The notes below the pieces were generated by a model that was not told the DNA's origin, did not search any database, and was given only the letters and a program-made list of their open reading frames with translations. This document shows positions 22,028-35,604 of a DNA stretch of 64,000 nt, one piece after another (position 1 is the stretch's first letter; each line of letters begins with the position of its first letter). Location of the stretch: positions 637,736 to 701,735 of the forward strand of contig CAWFYS010000006.1 of assembly GCA_963820075.1 (NCBI GenBank), given 5' to 3'. The stretch is from an uncultured Alphaproteobacteria bacterium. GTDB lineage: Bacteria; Pseudomonadota; Alphaproteobacteria; Rhizobiales; Rhizobiaceae. A program made the position numbers and the translations under genes.

Positions 22028-23410
22028 TCACCCCTTGTATGTCACCGCCTTTACGGCCCCGATCACCTCGCCGACATTGGGCAGCGCCAGCTTTTCGAGG
22101 TTCGCGGCATAGGGCATGGGCACGTCCTTGCCAGCGACGGTTATGACCGGCGCGTCGAGGTAGTCGAAGGCGCGCTGCGAGACCTGGTTGGCGATGAAGT
22201 CGCCCACGGACGACTGCGGGTACCCTTCCTCCACAACCACCAGCCGGTTGGTCTTCTTCACCGAGGCGATGACCGTGTCGAGATCCATGGGCCTGATGGT
22301 TCTGAGGTCGATGAGTTCAGCGTCGATCCCCATGCCGCGTAATTCGGCTTCCGCCTTCACGGCATAGGCCATGCCAATGCCGAAGGACACGATGGTGACG
22401 TCCTTGCCGGCCTTGTGGATGCGCGCCTTGCCGATCGGCAGGACGAAATCATCGAGCTTCGGCACATCGAAGGAGTGGCCGTAGAGAATTTCGTTCTCAA
22501 GGAAGATGACCGGGTTCGCGTCGCGGATCGCGGCCTTCAGCAGACCCTTGGCGTCCGCCGCGGTGTAAGGCTGCACCACCCTCAGGCCCGGAACATGGCT
22601 ATACCAGGCGGCGTAGTCCTGGCTGTGCTGGGCCGCCACGCGCGCGGCCGCACCGTTGGGCCCGCGAAAGACGATCGGCGCGCCCATCTGGCCGCCCGAC
22701 ATATAGAGCGTCTTGGCGGCCGAATTGATGATCTGGTCGATCGCCTGCATGGCGAAGTTGAAGGTCATGAATTCGACGATCGGCCTCAACCCGGCCATCG
22801 CGGCCCCAACACCGATACCGGCGAAGCCGTGTTCGGTGATCGGCGTATCGACGACGCGCCTCGGGCCGAACTCCTGCAGCAGCCCCTGCGTGATCTTATA
22901 GGCGCCCTGGTACTCGGCCACTTCCTCGCCCATCACGAAGACATCCGGGTCGCGGCGCATTTCCTCGGCCATGGCATCGCGCAGCGCTTCGCGCACGGTG
23001 GTCGACACCATTTCCGTTCCCGCGGGAATATCGGGATCGCCAGCGATCTCGGACTTCGGCGCGGCGGCGACAGGAGCCGCTGCCGGCTTTTCCGCCGGCG
23101 CCGGCGGCGCTTCCGCCACGGCTTCGGCCTTGGCCGGAGCGGGCTTGCCGATGGCGTCGGCGCTTTCACCGTCCTGCAGCAGCACGGCGATCGGCGTGTT
23201 GACCTTCACGCCCTCGCTTCCGGCGGGAATGAGAATCTTGCCGAGCGTACCCTCGTCGACCGCCTCGACTTCCATGGTCGCCTTGTCGGTTTCGATCTCG
23301 GCGATGACATCGCCGGCGACGATCTTGTCACCCTCGTTCTTCAGCCATTTGGCCAGATTGCCCTCCTCCATCGTCGGCGAGAGAGCGGGCATCAGAATTT
23401 CAATAGGCAT
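22028..23410 (-). CDS. pdhB: PDH E1 beta subunit with N-terminal lipoyl domain
   Basis: ETDKAT lipoyl domain, [22 protein letters not shown]. Confidence 0.98.
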   Translation of the reverse strand: MPIEILMPALSPTMEEGNLAKWLKNEGDKIVAGDVIAEIETDKATMEVEAVDEGTLGKILIPAGSEGVKVNTPIAVLLQDGESADAIGKPAPAKAEAVAEAPPAPAEKPAAAPVAAAPKSEIAGDPDIPAGTEMVSTTVREALRDAMAEEMRRDPDVFVMGEEVAEYQGAYKITQGLLQEFGPRRVVDTPITEHGFAGIGVGAAMAGLRPIVEFMTFNFAMQAIDQIINSAAKTLYMSGGQMGAPIVFRGPNGAAARVAAQHSQDYAAWYSHVPGLRVVQPYTAADAKGLLKAAIRDANPVIFLENEILYGHSFDVPKLDDFVLPIGKARIHKAGKDVTIVSFGIGMAYAVKAEAELRGMGIDAELIDLRTIRPMDLDTVIASVKKTNRLVVVEEGYPQSSVGDFIANQVSQRAFDYLDAPVITVAGKDVPMPYAANLEKLALPNVGEVIGAVKAVTYKG

Positions 23411-23422
23411 GTCTGCCCTCCC

Positions 23423-24466
23423 TCAATGTACGATGTCGGTCCAGAGCTCGGACGGATCCGGCTCGGGATCGGTCTGGGCAAAATCCGCTGCGTCGGCGAC
23501 GATGTCGCGCACCTCCTTGTCGATCACCTTGAGGTCGTCGTCGACCGCCCATTTGTTTTCGATGAGTCGCGCCTTGACCTGCTCGATCGGATCGTGCTCG
23601 GAGCGCATCTTCTGAACTTCTTCCTTTGTTCTGTACTTGGCCGGGTCCGACATCGAGTGGCCGCGATAGCGGTAGGTCTGCATCTCGAGGATGATCGGTC
23701 CGTTGCCGTCCCGGCACCATTCGGTCGCAACATCGGATGCCGACTTCACCGCCCGCACATCCATGCCGTCGACCTGAAGGCCCGGAATCCGGAACGAGGC
23801 GCCGCGCTGCGAGAAATCGGTCTCCGCCGACGAGCGGACCACGGAAGTGCCCATCGCGTAGCGATTGTTCTCGATGACGTAGATCACCGGCAGTTTCCAA
23901 AGAGCCGCCATATTGAAGCTCTCATAGACCTGGCCCTGGTTCGAAGCTCCGTCGCCGAAGAAGGTAAGGCTGACATTATTGTTGCCGCGGTAGCGGTTGG
24001 CGAAGGCAAGGCCGGTCCCGAGCGAAACCTGCGCGCCAACGATGCCGTGGCCGCCATAGAAATTCTTCTCCTTGGAGAACATGTGCATGGAGCCGCCCTT
24101 GCCCTTGGAATAGCCTCCCCGTCGCCCGGTCAGTTCCGCCATGACGCCGCGCGGCGACATCTCCATTGCAAGCATGTGGGCGTGATCACGGTATGCCGTG
24201 ATCATCTGGTCGCCTTCGATCAGCGCCATCTTCAATCCGGTGACGACCGCTTCCTGGCCGATATAAAGGTGGCAGAAACCGCCGATGAGGCCCATGCCGT
24301 AAAGCTGTCCGGCCTTCTCCTCGAAGCGCCGCATCAAGAGCATGGTGCGGTAGGCCGCGAGCTCCTGTTCCTTCGTAAAGTCCGCCGGTTTCGGCGTGGT
24401 CAAACTGGACTGGTTTTTTCCGTCCGCCTTCGATTTGGCGGACGACTTTCTGGCGGCTTGGGCCAT
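23423..24466 (-). CDS. pdhA: PDH E1 alpha subunit
   Basis: GFCHLYIGQE, GDGASNQGQ...ENN TPP motif, YRYRGHSMSD. Confidence 0.98.
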   Translation of the reverse strand: MAQAARKSSAKSKADGKNQSSLTTPKPADFTKEQELAAYRTMLLMRRFEEKAGQLYGMGLIGGFCHLYIGQEAVVTGLKMALIEGDQMITAYRDHAHMLAMEMSPRGVMAELTGRRGGYSKGKGGSMHMFSKEKNFYGGHGIVGAQVSLGTGLAFANRYRGNNNVSLTFFGDGASNQGQVYESFNMAALWKLPVIYVIENNRYAMGTSVVRSSAETDFSQRGASFRIPGLQVDGMDVRAVKSASDVATEWCRDGNGPIILEMQTYRYRGHSMSDPAKYRTKEEVQKMRSEHDPIEQVKARLIENKWAVDDDLKVIDKEVRDIVADAADFAQTDPEPDPSELWTDIVH

Positions 24467-24656
24467 TAAGACGCTCCCTCGAAATTGTCTCTTGCCGGAC
24501 ACGCTGGAGCCGTTGCAGCCCCTCGCCTTAAATTGAAGCTAGCACGCCAAATCGTGTTCGGCCATGCCGAAAAAACGCATGGCGGGCATGAATCTCAGCC
24601 GCCGAACACCAGCTAACTGGTTAGGATCGTTCGCAATATCGGCCATCAACCGAAAA

Positions 24657-24989
24657 TCAGTTAATTTGAGCGCTCTGCGGAAGCATGATCGTAACCTCAT
24701 CCGCATGGGAGAGGTTGAGCGCGCGCCGCGCCTGCTCGTCCAGCATATCCTTGTCGATGGTGCCGTCGCGCAGCATGTGCACCCGCTCCTCAAGGTCGAG
24801 CCGTTCGGAGCGGACCTTGTCAAGCCGCGCCTGCAGGACCGTCGCGTGCGCCCTCGACTGGTCTTTCGAATTGATGCCGAATTCGCCGTGATACATGTGG
24901 TAGCCGAAATAGGAGAGGAACGCCACGGCCAGCGCCGGCACGATCAGGCGTCCGGTCTGGCGGGGGCGGTGCTGGCGTGTCCACATCAT
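24657..24989 (-). CDS. ftsB: Septum formation initiator (FtsB/DivIC family)
   Basis: One TM helix, G..G then coiled coil, DKDMLDEQARRAL; follows eno. Confidence 0.85.
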   Translation of the reverse strand: MMWTRQHRPRQTGRLIVPALAVAFLSYFGYHMYHGEFGINSKDQSRAHATVLQARLDKVRSERLDLEERVHMLRDGTIDKDMLDEQARRALNLSHADEVTIMLPQSAQIN

Positions 24990-25026
24990 GCGATTCCTCG
25001 ATCGCCGCCATCTCGCCCGATCTTGC

Positions 25027-25041
25027 TTAACACGCGGTTAC
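25027..25041. promoter_or_regulatory. Putative CtrA box upstream of ftsB
   Basis: TTAA-CACGCGG-TTAC, a one-mismatch match to TTAA-N7-TTAA, about 40 bp upstream of the start. Confidence 0.55.
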
Positions 25042-25138
25042 GCTTCGTCGGCCGGGAGTAGCCGGGCATCCGAACTCGGACAAACGAAGGGGCGGAAGGG
25101 GCGGCAAACAGCAAAGCTTTCCGCCCTATCGGTCGGGA

Positions 25139-26452
<1,314 letters not shown>

Positions 26453-26586
26453 TTAGCCAAAGCGCCGCAAAAGGCAATCTGCACGGCGCAAAATTCGGGT
26501 ATTCGGCGCAGGTGTGCTGCCGCCGGACATCCGCTCCGGCTTGGGGGCCGATGTGCGGATTTTGGAGCCGAAGCGGCCGGCAGGGA

Positions 26587-28228
<1,642 letters not shown>

Positions 28229-28315
28229 TTAGCTTGGGCGGTCCGATTCCGCCAGAAAAAAATCCCGCCCGGTCGAATATCCCCGGATATCCACTGGCGG
28301 TACGTCACGATGGCC

Positions 28316-28348
28316 AAAATAAAAGGGCCGGCACGAGCCGACCCTCTC
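28316..28348 (-). terminator. Rho-independent terminator after the L,D-transpeptidase gene
   Basis: Minus strand AGGGTCGGC-TCGT-GCCGGCCCT followed by TTTATTTT. Confidence 0.75.
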
Positions 28349-28366
28349 TCCGCTCAGTGCGGCGAA

Positions 28367-29527
28367 TCAGAGAATGACGACCTGCGTGCCGGTGCGGACC
28401 CGGCTGTAAAGATCGATGACATGCTCGTTTGTCATGCGGAAACAGCCGTTGGACGAGTTCGTGCCGATCGAATGCGGCGCGATGGTGCCGTGGATGCGCA
28501 GATGGGTATCCTTCTTGCCGCTGTACAGATACATGGCGCGGGCGCCGAGCGGATTCTGGCCGCCGCCAGGCATGCCGTCCTTGTACTGGCCATACTTACG
28601 CGGCTCGCGCTGCTGCATCTCCTTGGTGGGAATCCAGCGCGGCCATTCCTGCTTGTCGCCGACCGCGACCTTGCCCTTGAATTGCAGGCCATCGCGGCCG
28701 ACTGCGATGCCGTAGCGGCGAGCGGTCCCGGCAGACTCGACCAGATAAAGGAAGTGAGCGTCGGTATCGATGACGATGGTGCCGCGCGGATAGCCGCTGA
28801 ACGCCACCGTCTGCGCTTCATACTGAGGCTTCAGCTTGAACTTGCCCTTTACCTGCTGCCGTTGCTCCAGGGCCGCATCGAGCGCCCGCGTTTCCGGCAG
28901 CATCCTGGGAGGCGCCGGCTCGTCGCCAAACAGAATCTGCAAAAAACCCGAATTTGCATTGCCTGCGTCGGCACTGCGCAACTCACCATTATTGCCTCTG
29001 CGAACGACGGCATCGGCGCCTACGGCGGCCGCCCGCTGGGCGGCGGCGCGCTGGGAGGTCATGCCAGTGGCCGGCACGATTCTGCCGCCGCTGACAGGAA
29101 CGCCTTGCCTGATCGTCCCCCCGGCCGAGGCAAGCCGGACTGGCCTGTTCAACCGCTTGGCTCCGCCGGCGGCGTTGGCATTCGCGACCTCGACGGTCCT
29201 GCCCTGCCGCGGGGCGAGCGCGGCGGCCCGCCGCGCATCGGCATCCGCCTTCGCCTTTGTCCGCAAGGCGAGAAGCTTGGCCTGCCGCGCCTTGTCGGCC
29301 GCGGCCTCCCTGGCTTTCGCCTTCTCCGCCGCGGTCAGTTCCACACCGGCCTTCTTCCTTGTCGCCTTGGCCGCGAGCTTCTTCTGGCTCGCCGGCCTCT
29401 GTTGCGCGTAGGCCTTTGTCTTGACGACGATCACGGTGGGTTTTTGCGGTTTGGCGGTCTCCGCCAAGGTGGGTGTGGCCAAGCCCAAAGCGGCGCAAAG
29501 GCCCAATAGGAGGAGGCGAGGTAGCAT
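28367..29527 (-). CDS. L,D-transpeptidase (YkuD/ErfK) with long Lys/Ala-rich N-terminal region
   Basis: Signal peptide; GTIVIDT..HFLYL, NPLGARAMYL, RIHGT...SSNGCFRM catalytic His/Cys. Confidence 0.92.
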   Translation of the reverse strand: MLPRLLLLGLCAALGLATPTLAETAKPQKPTVIVVKTKAYAQQRPASQKKLAAKATRKKAGVELTAAEKAKAREAAADKARQAKLLALRTKAKADADARRAAALAPRQGRTVEVANANAAGGAKRLNRPVRLASAGGTIRQGVPVSGGRIVPATGMTSQRAAAQRAAAVGADAVVRRGNNGELRSADAGNANSGFLQILFGDEPAPPRMLPETRALDAALEQRQQVKGKFKLKPQYEAQTVAFSGYPRGTIVIDTDAHFLYLVESAGTARRYGIAVGRDGLQFKGKVAVGDKQEWPRWIPTKEMQQREPRKYGQYKDGMPGGGQNPLGARAMYLYSGKKDTHLRIHGTIAPHSIGTNSSNGCFRMTNEHVIDLYSRVRTGTQVVIL

Positions 29528-29723
29528 GCTTTGATCCCGAAATGTGAATGCACCGGCCCTGTGACACACGACTTATCGCGTGGAACCATCGTGGTGGCCG
29601 TTGGCGACTTATAGGCGCATTTCGCGATATCGCTCAAGGCGTCCGGCAAGCCGTGCCGGATCGCATCTGCGTGATCACATCGGCATTTGGCCGAGTGTGT
29701 TCAATTGGTCACAGGCCTTGTTG

Positions 29724-30265
29724 CTACTGAACGGGAACCTGCGGCTGAGCCGGAGTGGCGGGAGCAGCTTCGGTGCTTGGCGGCGTCGACGTTGCGCCGT
29801 CGGCCGCCGGCGGCGTGGTTGCCTCTCCTGCCGGCGGCGCAGCCGCCTCTCCCGACTGCGGAGTGGCCTCTCCGCCGGCGCCGTTTCCGTCGCCGGAGGC
29901 GCTGCGGCGGCAGGCGCCGTCTCACCGGATGGCGCCGCCGGAGCGGGCGCCGGTATGTCCGAGCCGCCGAGCTGGTCCAGGACACCGGAGCCGCCGCCCG
30001 CGCCTTGCGTGGTCGGCACACGGTCGAGTATGTCGATCGGGCGCTCGCCGTAACGGGCGATCAACGAAAGTCCCAGGGAAGTCGCGAAGAAAGCGGCCGC
30101 CAGGATCGCGGTGGCGCGCGTCAATGCGTTGGCCGCGCCACGGGCCGTCATGAACCCGGAACCGCCGCCAATTCCAAGTCCGCCGCCCTCCGAACGCTGC
30201 AGCAGGACCACGCCCACCAGAGCGAGCACGATCATGAGATGAATGACGATGACGACAGTTTCCAT
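29724..30265 (-). CDS. secG: Preprotein translocase SecG with Ala/Pro-rich tail (apparent -1 indel near 29873)
   Basis: VLLQRSEGGGLG...NALTRAT; the low-complexity tail continues in the shifted frame (GEATPQSGEAAAPP...QPQVPVQ*) to TAG at 29724. Confidence 0.9.
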
Positions 30266-30479
30266 AACTTCCCCGGCGGATTTCAGGACGCGGACAGGCG
30301 CACCCTGCCGAAACGTGGCGGCTCAATACATGGCTTTCGCGGCATTTCCAAGCCTGCCGGAATATGGGACCCATCGCCGCGAATGCAACAGGCGCGGTGA
30401 ACGATGCCGGAACTTACGGGCGACCTTGCCCGACCGCACGGATATTCGTCGGCGCCGTCGCTCCAGGCTCGGCCACAAA

Positions 30480-31244
30480 TCAGAGCCCGAGATAGGCCTC
30501 GGCGATGCCGAGAAAATCCTTCGCCTTGAGGCTGGCGCCGCCGACCAGCGCACCGTCGACATTGACGATCGCCAGCAGTTCCGCCGCATTGGCGGGCTTG
30601 ACCGAGCCGCCATACAGAATGCGCATGCGCCTGGCCTCGCCGCCGATTTTCTTGTCCAGTTCGGCGCGGATATGAGCATGCGCCTCGGCGACATCCGCGG
30701 CCGTCGGCGTCAGGCCCGTGCCGATCGCCCATACCGGCTCGTAGGCGACGACCGTATTTTCGGCCTTGGCGTCGCTGGCGACCGATCCGGCGACCTGACG
30801 CGAAAGCACTTCCATGGTGGCGCCCGATTCGCGCTCGGCCCGCGTCTCGCCGATGCAGACGATTGCCGTCAGTCCGGCGCGCCAGGCGGCTTGCGCCTTG
30901 GCCTGAACGACGGCGTCGGTCTCGCCGTGATCGGTGCGGCGCTCGGAATGACCGACGATGACATAAGTGGCGCCGGCATCCTTTAGCATCCCGGCTGAAA
31001 TGTCGCCCGTGTGAGCACCGCTCTCCTTTGCATGGCAATCCTGGCCGCCGGCCTGCACGGGCGAACCATCGAGCGCACTCGCGGCGCGCGTCAGCAATGT
31101 CGCGGGCACACAGACCAGCCCCTCGGCCTTTTCGTCGAGCGCACCGGAAAAGCCCTGTCCGATCGATCGAAGCTCGGCAAGCGAGCCGCCGACACCATTC
31201 ATCTTCCAATTGCCTGCGACGAGCGGGCGAATTCCGGGTGTCAT
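30480..31244 (-). CDS. tpiA: Triosephosphate isomerase
   Basis: [36 protein letters not shown]. Confidence 0.99.
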   Translation of the reverse strand: MTPGIRPLVAGNWKMNGVGGSLAELRSIGQGFSGALDEKAEGLVCVPATLLTRAASALDGSPVQAGGQDCHAKESGAHTGDISAGMLKDAGATYVIVGHSERRTDHGETDAVVQAKAQAAWRAGLTAIVCIGETRAERESGATMEVLSRQVAGSVASDAKAENTVVAYEPVWAIGTGLTPTAADVAEAHAHIRAELDKKIGGEARRMRILYGGSVKPANAAELLAIVNVDGALVGGASLKAKDFLGIAEAYLGL

Positions 31245-31376
31245 TGTCATCTCCTCCTGACAAGCGGCCCTCCCTACCAAAATCCGGCCACAAAGCAATC
31301 GACACATGCAGCCAACGGCGCTATTGCCCTTCCTCACCGCTCTCGCCCGCGCGCGAGACCTTCAACGGACCATTTC

Positions 31377-33266
31377 ATGCTCAACTCATTGCGAACCGCG
31401 GCCGGCACATGGATAGCGAAGCTGTTGCTTCTGCTGCTTGTGCTCAGCTTCGCGGTCTGGGGTATCTCGGGGCAGCTTGGCGGCGGACTTGGCGGCAATG
31501 CCGTTATCTCCGCCGGCGGCACATCGGTTTCCGTCAACGAGTACCGCCTCGCTTACGACCGCCAGATAAACCAGCTGTCTCAGCGTTTCGGCCAGCGGCT
31601 GACGCGCGAGCAGGCTACGGCACTCGGCGTGGACAATCTTGTCCTGTCCCAACTCGTCTCCGGCGCCTTGCTCAGCGAAGAAGCCCGCGCGCTCGGTCTC
31701 GGCCTTTCGAAGGACAGGATCGCCGCGCTCACGGCGGAGGATCCCGCTTTCCACGGCCCGGACGGAAAGTTCAACCGGCAGCAGTTCGAATACGTGCTGC
31801 GCGAGGTCGGCATGCGGCCCGAGGACTACCTCGGCAATCGCTCGCAAGAAGCCATCCGCCGCCAGATCATCGAAGCCGTCGCGGACGGCATGAAGGCGCC
31901 TGACACATTCCTGCGCGCCGTCGCGCTTTACGGCGGCGAGGACCGCACCGCCGAGTACATCGCGCTGCCCAAATCGACAGTAGAGCCGATCGAGCCGCCC
32001 GGCGACGCCGTCCTGTCCACCTGGTTCGAAGAGCGCAAGCCGCAATATGCCGCGCCCGAATACCGCAAGATCGCCTATGTCAAGCTGGCGCCGGAGGACA
32101 TCGCCGACGAAAGCGCGATCAGCGACGACCAGCTGCGCGCCGACTACGAGAAGAACAAGGCTCGCTACACGACCCCGGAGACCCGCACGATCGAGCAGTT
32201 GGTCTTTGCTTCGCGGCCGGCGGCCGAAGCTGCCCACGCCACGCTGAACAGCGGCACACCCTTCGACAAGATCGTCGAGGCGGAGGGAAGGACGATGGCG
32301 GATGTCCTGCTCGGCACGCTCGCCAAGGACCGGATCTCCGACAAGGCGGTTGGCGAGGCCGCGTTCGCGCTGCCTCTCAGCGAGGTGAGCGAAGTCGTGG
32401 ACGGCTCCTTCGGCCCGGTCCTTGTCCGGGTCACGGCGATCAATCCGCAGGTGGTCCGGTCTTATGACGAGGCCGCGCCGGAGATCCGCAAGGATCTCGC
32501 GCTTGGCGAGGCCCATCGCATTCTTCTCGATGTGCACGATTCCTATGAGGATGCGCGGGCGGCCGGCGAAACGCTGGCGGAAGCCGCCGCGAAGCTGAAA
32601 CTCAAGGTCGTAACCGTCGATGCGATCGACCAGTCCGGCCAGAAGCCTGACGAGACGATCGTCAACGACCTGCCGGAATCCAGCGAATTGTTGCGCGCCG
32701 CCTTCGACACGGAAGTCGGCGTCGAGAACCCGGCGATCAACCTTGGTTCGAACGGCTATCTCTTCTTCGAAGTGCAGGGCGTTACGCCTGCCCGTGACCG
32801 CCCTCTGGATGAGGTAAAAGGCAAGGTGGTCGCCGACTGGACGGCGGCCGAGGCGCAGAAGCGGCTTTCCGACAGGGTCGCCGAACTTGAGAAGCGCCTC
32901 AAGGACGGGACGGCGCTCGATACGATCGCTTCGGAGCTTTCGCTCGAGAAACAGACCAAGCGCGGCCTGAAACGCGGCGGCGATGACGCGGATTTCGGCA
33001 GTGACGGTGTCGGCGCGGTGTTCGGCGTTGCCGAGGGCGGCACCGGCGCCTTTGCCTCGCCCACCGGCGATGCGCGCATCCTGTTCAAGGTGACGGAGAC
33101 GTTCGAGCCAGTCGCCTCCGGTCCGGATGCCGTTTCCGCGGACGCCCGCAGGGGCTATGAATCAGGGCTTGCCGAAGACATGCTCAGCCAGTTGGTGGCG
33201 CGGCTCGAAGGTGAACATGAGGTGCGCGTGGATCAGTCCGCGATCGACCGCGCCTTGGCATTCTGA
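31377..33266 (+). CDS. ppiD: SurA N-terminal/PpiD-like peptidylprolyl isomerase
   Basis: N-terminal TM (LLVLSFAVWGI), YAAPEYR, rotamase-like region; conserved position between tpiA and trpD. Confidence 0.85.
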   Translation: MLNSLRTAAGTWIAKLLLLLLVLSFAVWGISGQLGGGLGGNAVISAGGTSVSVNEYRLAYDRQINQLSQRFGQRLTREQATALGVDNLVLSQLVSGALLSEEARALGLGLSKDRIAALTAEDPAFHGPDGKFNRQQFEYVLREVGMRPEDYLGNRSQEAIRRQIIEAVADGMKAPDTFLRAVALYGGEDRTAEYIALPKSTVEPIEPPGDAVLSTWFEERKPQYAAPEYRKIAYVKLAPEDIADESAISDDQLRADYEKNKARYTTPETRTIEQLVFASRPAAEAAHATLNSGTPFDKIVEAEGRTMADVLLGTLAKDRISDKAVGEAAFALPLSEVSEVVDGSFGPVLVRVTAINPQVVRSYDEAAPEIRKDLALGEAHRILLDVHDSYEDARAAGETLAEAAAKLKLKVVTVDAIDQSGQKPDETIVNDLPESSELLRAAFDTEVGVENPAINLGSNGYLFFEVQGVTPARDRPLDEVKGKVVADWTAAEAQKRLSDRVAELEKRLKDGTALDTIASELSLEKQTKRGLKRGGDDADFGSDGVGAVFGVAEGGTGAFASPTGDARILFKVTETFEPVASGPDAVSADARRGYESGLAEDMLSQLVARLEGEHEVRVDQSAIDRALAF

Positions 33267-33269
33267 CCA

Positions 33270-34281
33270 ATGAGCAATTTGAGACCGTTTCTCGCCAAAG
33301 TAGCAACCGGGGCCGTCCTCTCCTTCGAAGAGGCGAAGGACGCTTTCGGCGTCATCATGTCCGGCGAAGCAACGCCAGGCCAGATCGGCGCCTTTCTCAT
33401 GGCGCTCAGAGTGCGCGGCGAACAGGTTCCCGAGATTTCGGGCGCCGTCGCGACCATGCGCGAAAAGATGCTGCGGGTGGAGGCGCCTGAGGGCGCGATC
33501 GACATCGTCGGCACCGGCGGCGACAATTCGCACAGCGTCAACATATCGACCGCCTCCGCCTTCGTGATCGCCGGCCGCGGCGTACCGGTCGCCAAGCACG
33601 GCAATCGCGGCCTCTCCTCGCAGACCGGCGCGGCGGACGTGCTGACGGCGCTGGGCATAAGGATCGATCTGCCGCCGGAGGCGATCACGACCTGCATCCG
33701 CGAGACCGGCGTCGGCTTCATGTTCGCGCCCGCCCATCATCCCGCGATGCGCCATGTCGGACCGGTGCGCGCCGAACTCGGCACGCGCACGATCTTCAAT
33801 CTGCTCGGGCCGCTTTCCAACCCGGCCGGCAGTACGCCGCCAGATGGTCGGTGTATTCTCGCCGGACTGGGTCGAGCCGGTGGCCGAGACCCTGAAGAGG
33901 CTCGGCGCCGATCACGCCTGGGTGGCGCATGGCGACGGCCTTGACGAGATCACGACGACCGGCGAAACCAAGGTGGCGGAACTCGTGAACGGCGAGGTCC
34001 GCACTTTTAGCCTTGAGCCTGAACCATTCGGCCTGCCGCGCCGCAGGCGCGAAGAGTTGCGCGGCGGCGACGCCGCGTTCAACGCGGCCGCGCTGCGCGC
34101 CACGCTCGAAGGCAAGCCGGGCGCCTATCGTGACACGGTCCTGATGAACGCCGGCGCCGGTTTGGTCGTCGCCGGCAGGGCGGCGGACCTCGGCGAGGGA
34201 ATCGCCCTTGCCGCGGCGTCGATCGACCAGGGCCGGGCAATCGGTGTGCTCGACCGCCTGGTTCTCGTCTCGAACGGATAG
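33270..34281 (+). CDS. trpD: Anthranilate phosphoribosyltransferase (apparent +1 indel near 33831)
   Basis: [29 protein letters not shown], then VRRQMVGV...HGDGLDE in the next frame. Confidence 0.95.
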
Positions 34282-34287
34282 GGTGCC

Positions 34288-35106
34288 GTGGTCGACATTC
34301 TAGGCAAGATCGAGGCTTACAAGCGTTCCGAGATCGCGCAGGCGAAGCGGCTTACCCCGATCGCCGAGCTGAAGGCGGCGGCGCGCGACGCCGATCCCGT
34401 TCGAGGCTTCACGGAGGCGCTGCGCGCCATGCGCCGCGGCGGCAGCTTTGCACTGATCGCCGAGATCAAGAAAGCCAGTCCTTCGCGCGGCCTGATCCGC
34501 GCGGATTTCGATCCGCCCTCGCTGGCGCGCGCCTATGAAGCGGGCGGCGCCGCCTGCCTCTCGGTGCTTACCGACAAGCCTTCCTTCCAGGGCGCGCCGG
34601 AGTATCTGGCGCAGGCACGCGCGGCCACTACCCTGCCCGCCTTGCGCAAGGATTTCATGTACGATCCGTACCAGGTCTACGAAGCGCGGGCATGGGGCGC
34701 CGACGCGGTTCTGATCGTGCTCGCGGCGGTCGGCGACGGCGAGGCGCGCGCAATCGAGGAAACTGCCCTTGAACTCGGCATGGATGTGCTGATCGAGGTC
34801 CACAACGAGGCCGAGATGGAGCGTGCGCTGTCCATGGCCTCGCCGCTGATCGGCATCAACAATCGCGATCTCCATAGTTTCAATGTCGATCTGGCGGTGT
34901 GCGAGCGGCTCGCCAAACTCGTGCCGGACGATCGGCTGCTGGTCGGCGAGAGCGGCATCTTCACCCATGACGATTGCGTGAGGCTGGCGCGATCCGGCAT
35001 ATCGACGTTGCTGGTCGGCGAGAGCCTGATGCGCCAGCCGGACGTGGCGCAGGCAACGCGCGTACTTCTCAATGGGGAGGCCGCGACGTCGATGGCCGCG
35101 GGCTGA
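34288..35106 (+). CDS. trpC: Indole-3-glycerol phosphate synthase
   Basis: [31 protein letters not shown]. Confidence 0.98.
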   Translation: MVDILGKIEAYKRSEIAQAKRLTPIAELKAAARDADPVRGFTEALRAMRRGGSFALIAEIKKASPSRGLIRADFDPPSLARAYEAGGAACLSVLTDKPSFQGAPEYLAQARAATTLPALRKDFMYDPYQVYEARAWGADAVLIVLAAVGDGEARAIEETALELGMDVLIEVHNEAEMERALSMASPLIGINNRDLHSFNVDLAVCERLAKLVPDDRLLVGESGIFTHDDCVRLARSGISTLLVGESLMRQPDVAQATRVLLNGEAATSMAAG

Positions 35107-35111
35107 GAGAG

Positions 35112-35603
35112 ATGGCCGCCGGGAAAGCCGCGCTCACCCACCTCGGCCCGGACGGCCAGGCCAACATGGTCGATGTCGGCGGCAAGGACGATACCGTGCG
35201 GACCGCAGTCGCCGAGGGCGCGGTAACGATGCGCCCCGAGACGCTGGCGATGATCATCGCCGGCAATGCCAAGAAGGGCGACGTGATCGGGACCGCGCGG
35301 ATTGCCGGCATCATGGCGGCGAAAAGGACGCATGAGCTGATCCCGCTCTGCCATCCCTTGCTCCTGACCAAGGTCGGGGTCGACATCGTCGAGGACCCGA
35401 CCCTGCCCGGCCTGCGCGTCACGGCGATTGCCCGCGTTACCGGCAAGACCGGCGTCGAGATGGAGGCGCTGACGGCGGCCACGGTCGCCTGCCTCACCAT
35501 CTACGATATGGCGAAGGCGGCGGACCGCGGAATGGTGATTACCGGAATCAGGCTGGTCGAGAAAACCGGCGGCAAGTCCGGCGACTACAGGGTCTCCGGC
35601 TGA
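35112..35603 (+). CDS. moaC: Cyclic pyranopterin monophosphate synthase MoaC
   Basis: [41 protein letters not shown]. Confidence 0.98.
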   Translation: MAAGKAALTHLGPDGQANMVDVGGKDDTVRTAVAEGAVTMRPETLAMIIAGNAKKGDVIGTARIAGIMAAKRTHELIPLCHPLLLTKVGVDIVEDPTLPGLRVTAIARVTGKTGVEMEALTAATVACLTIYDMAKAADRGMVITGIRLVEKTGGKSGDYRVSG

Positions 35604-35604
35604 A

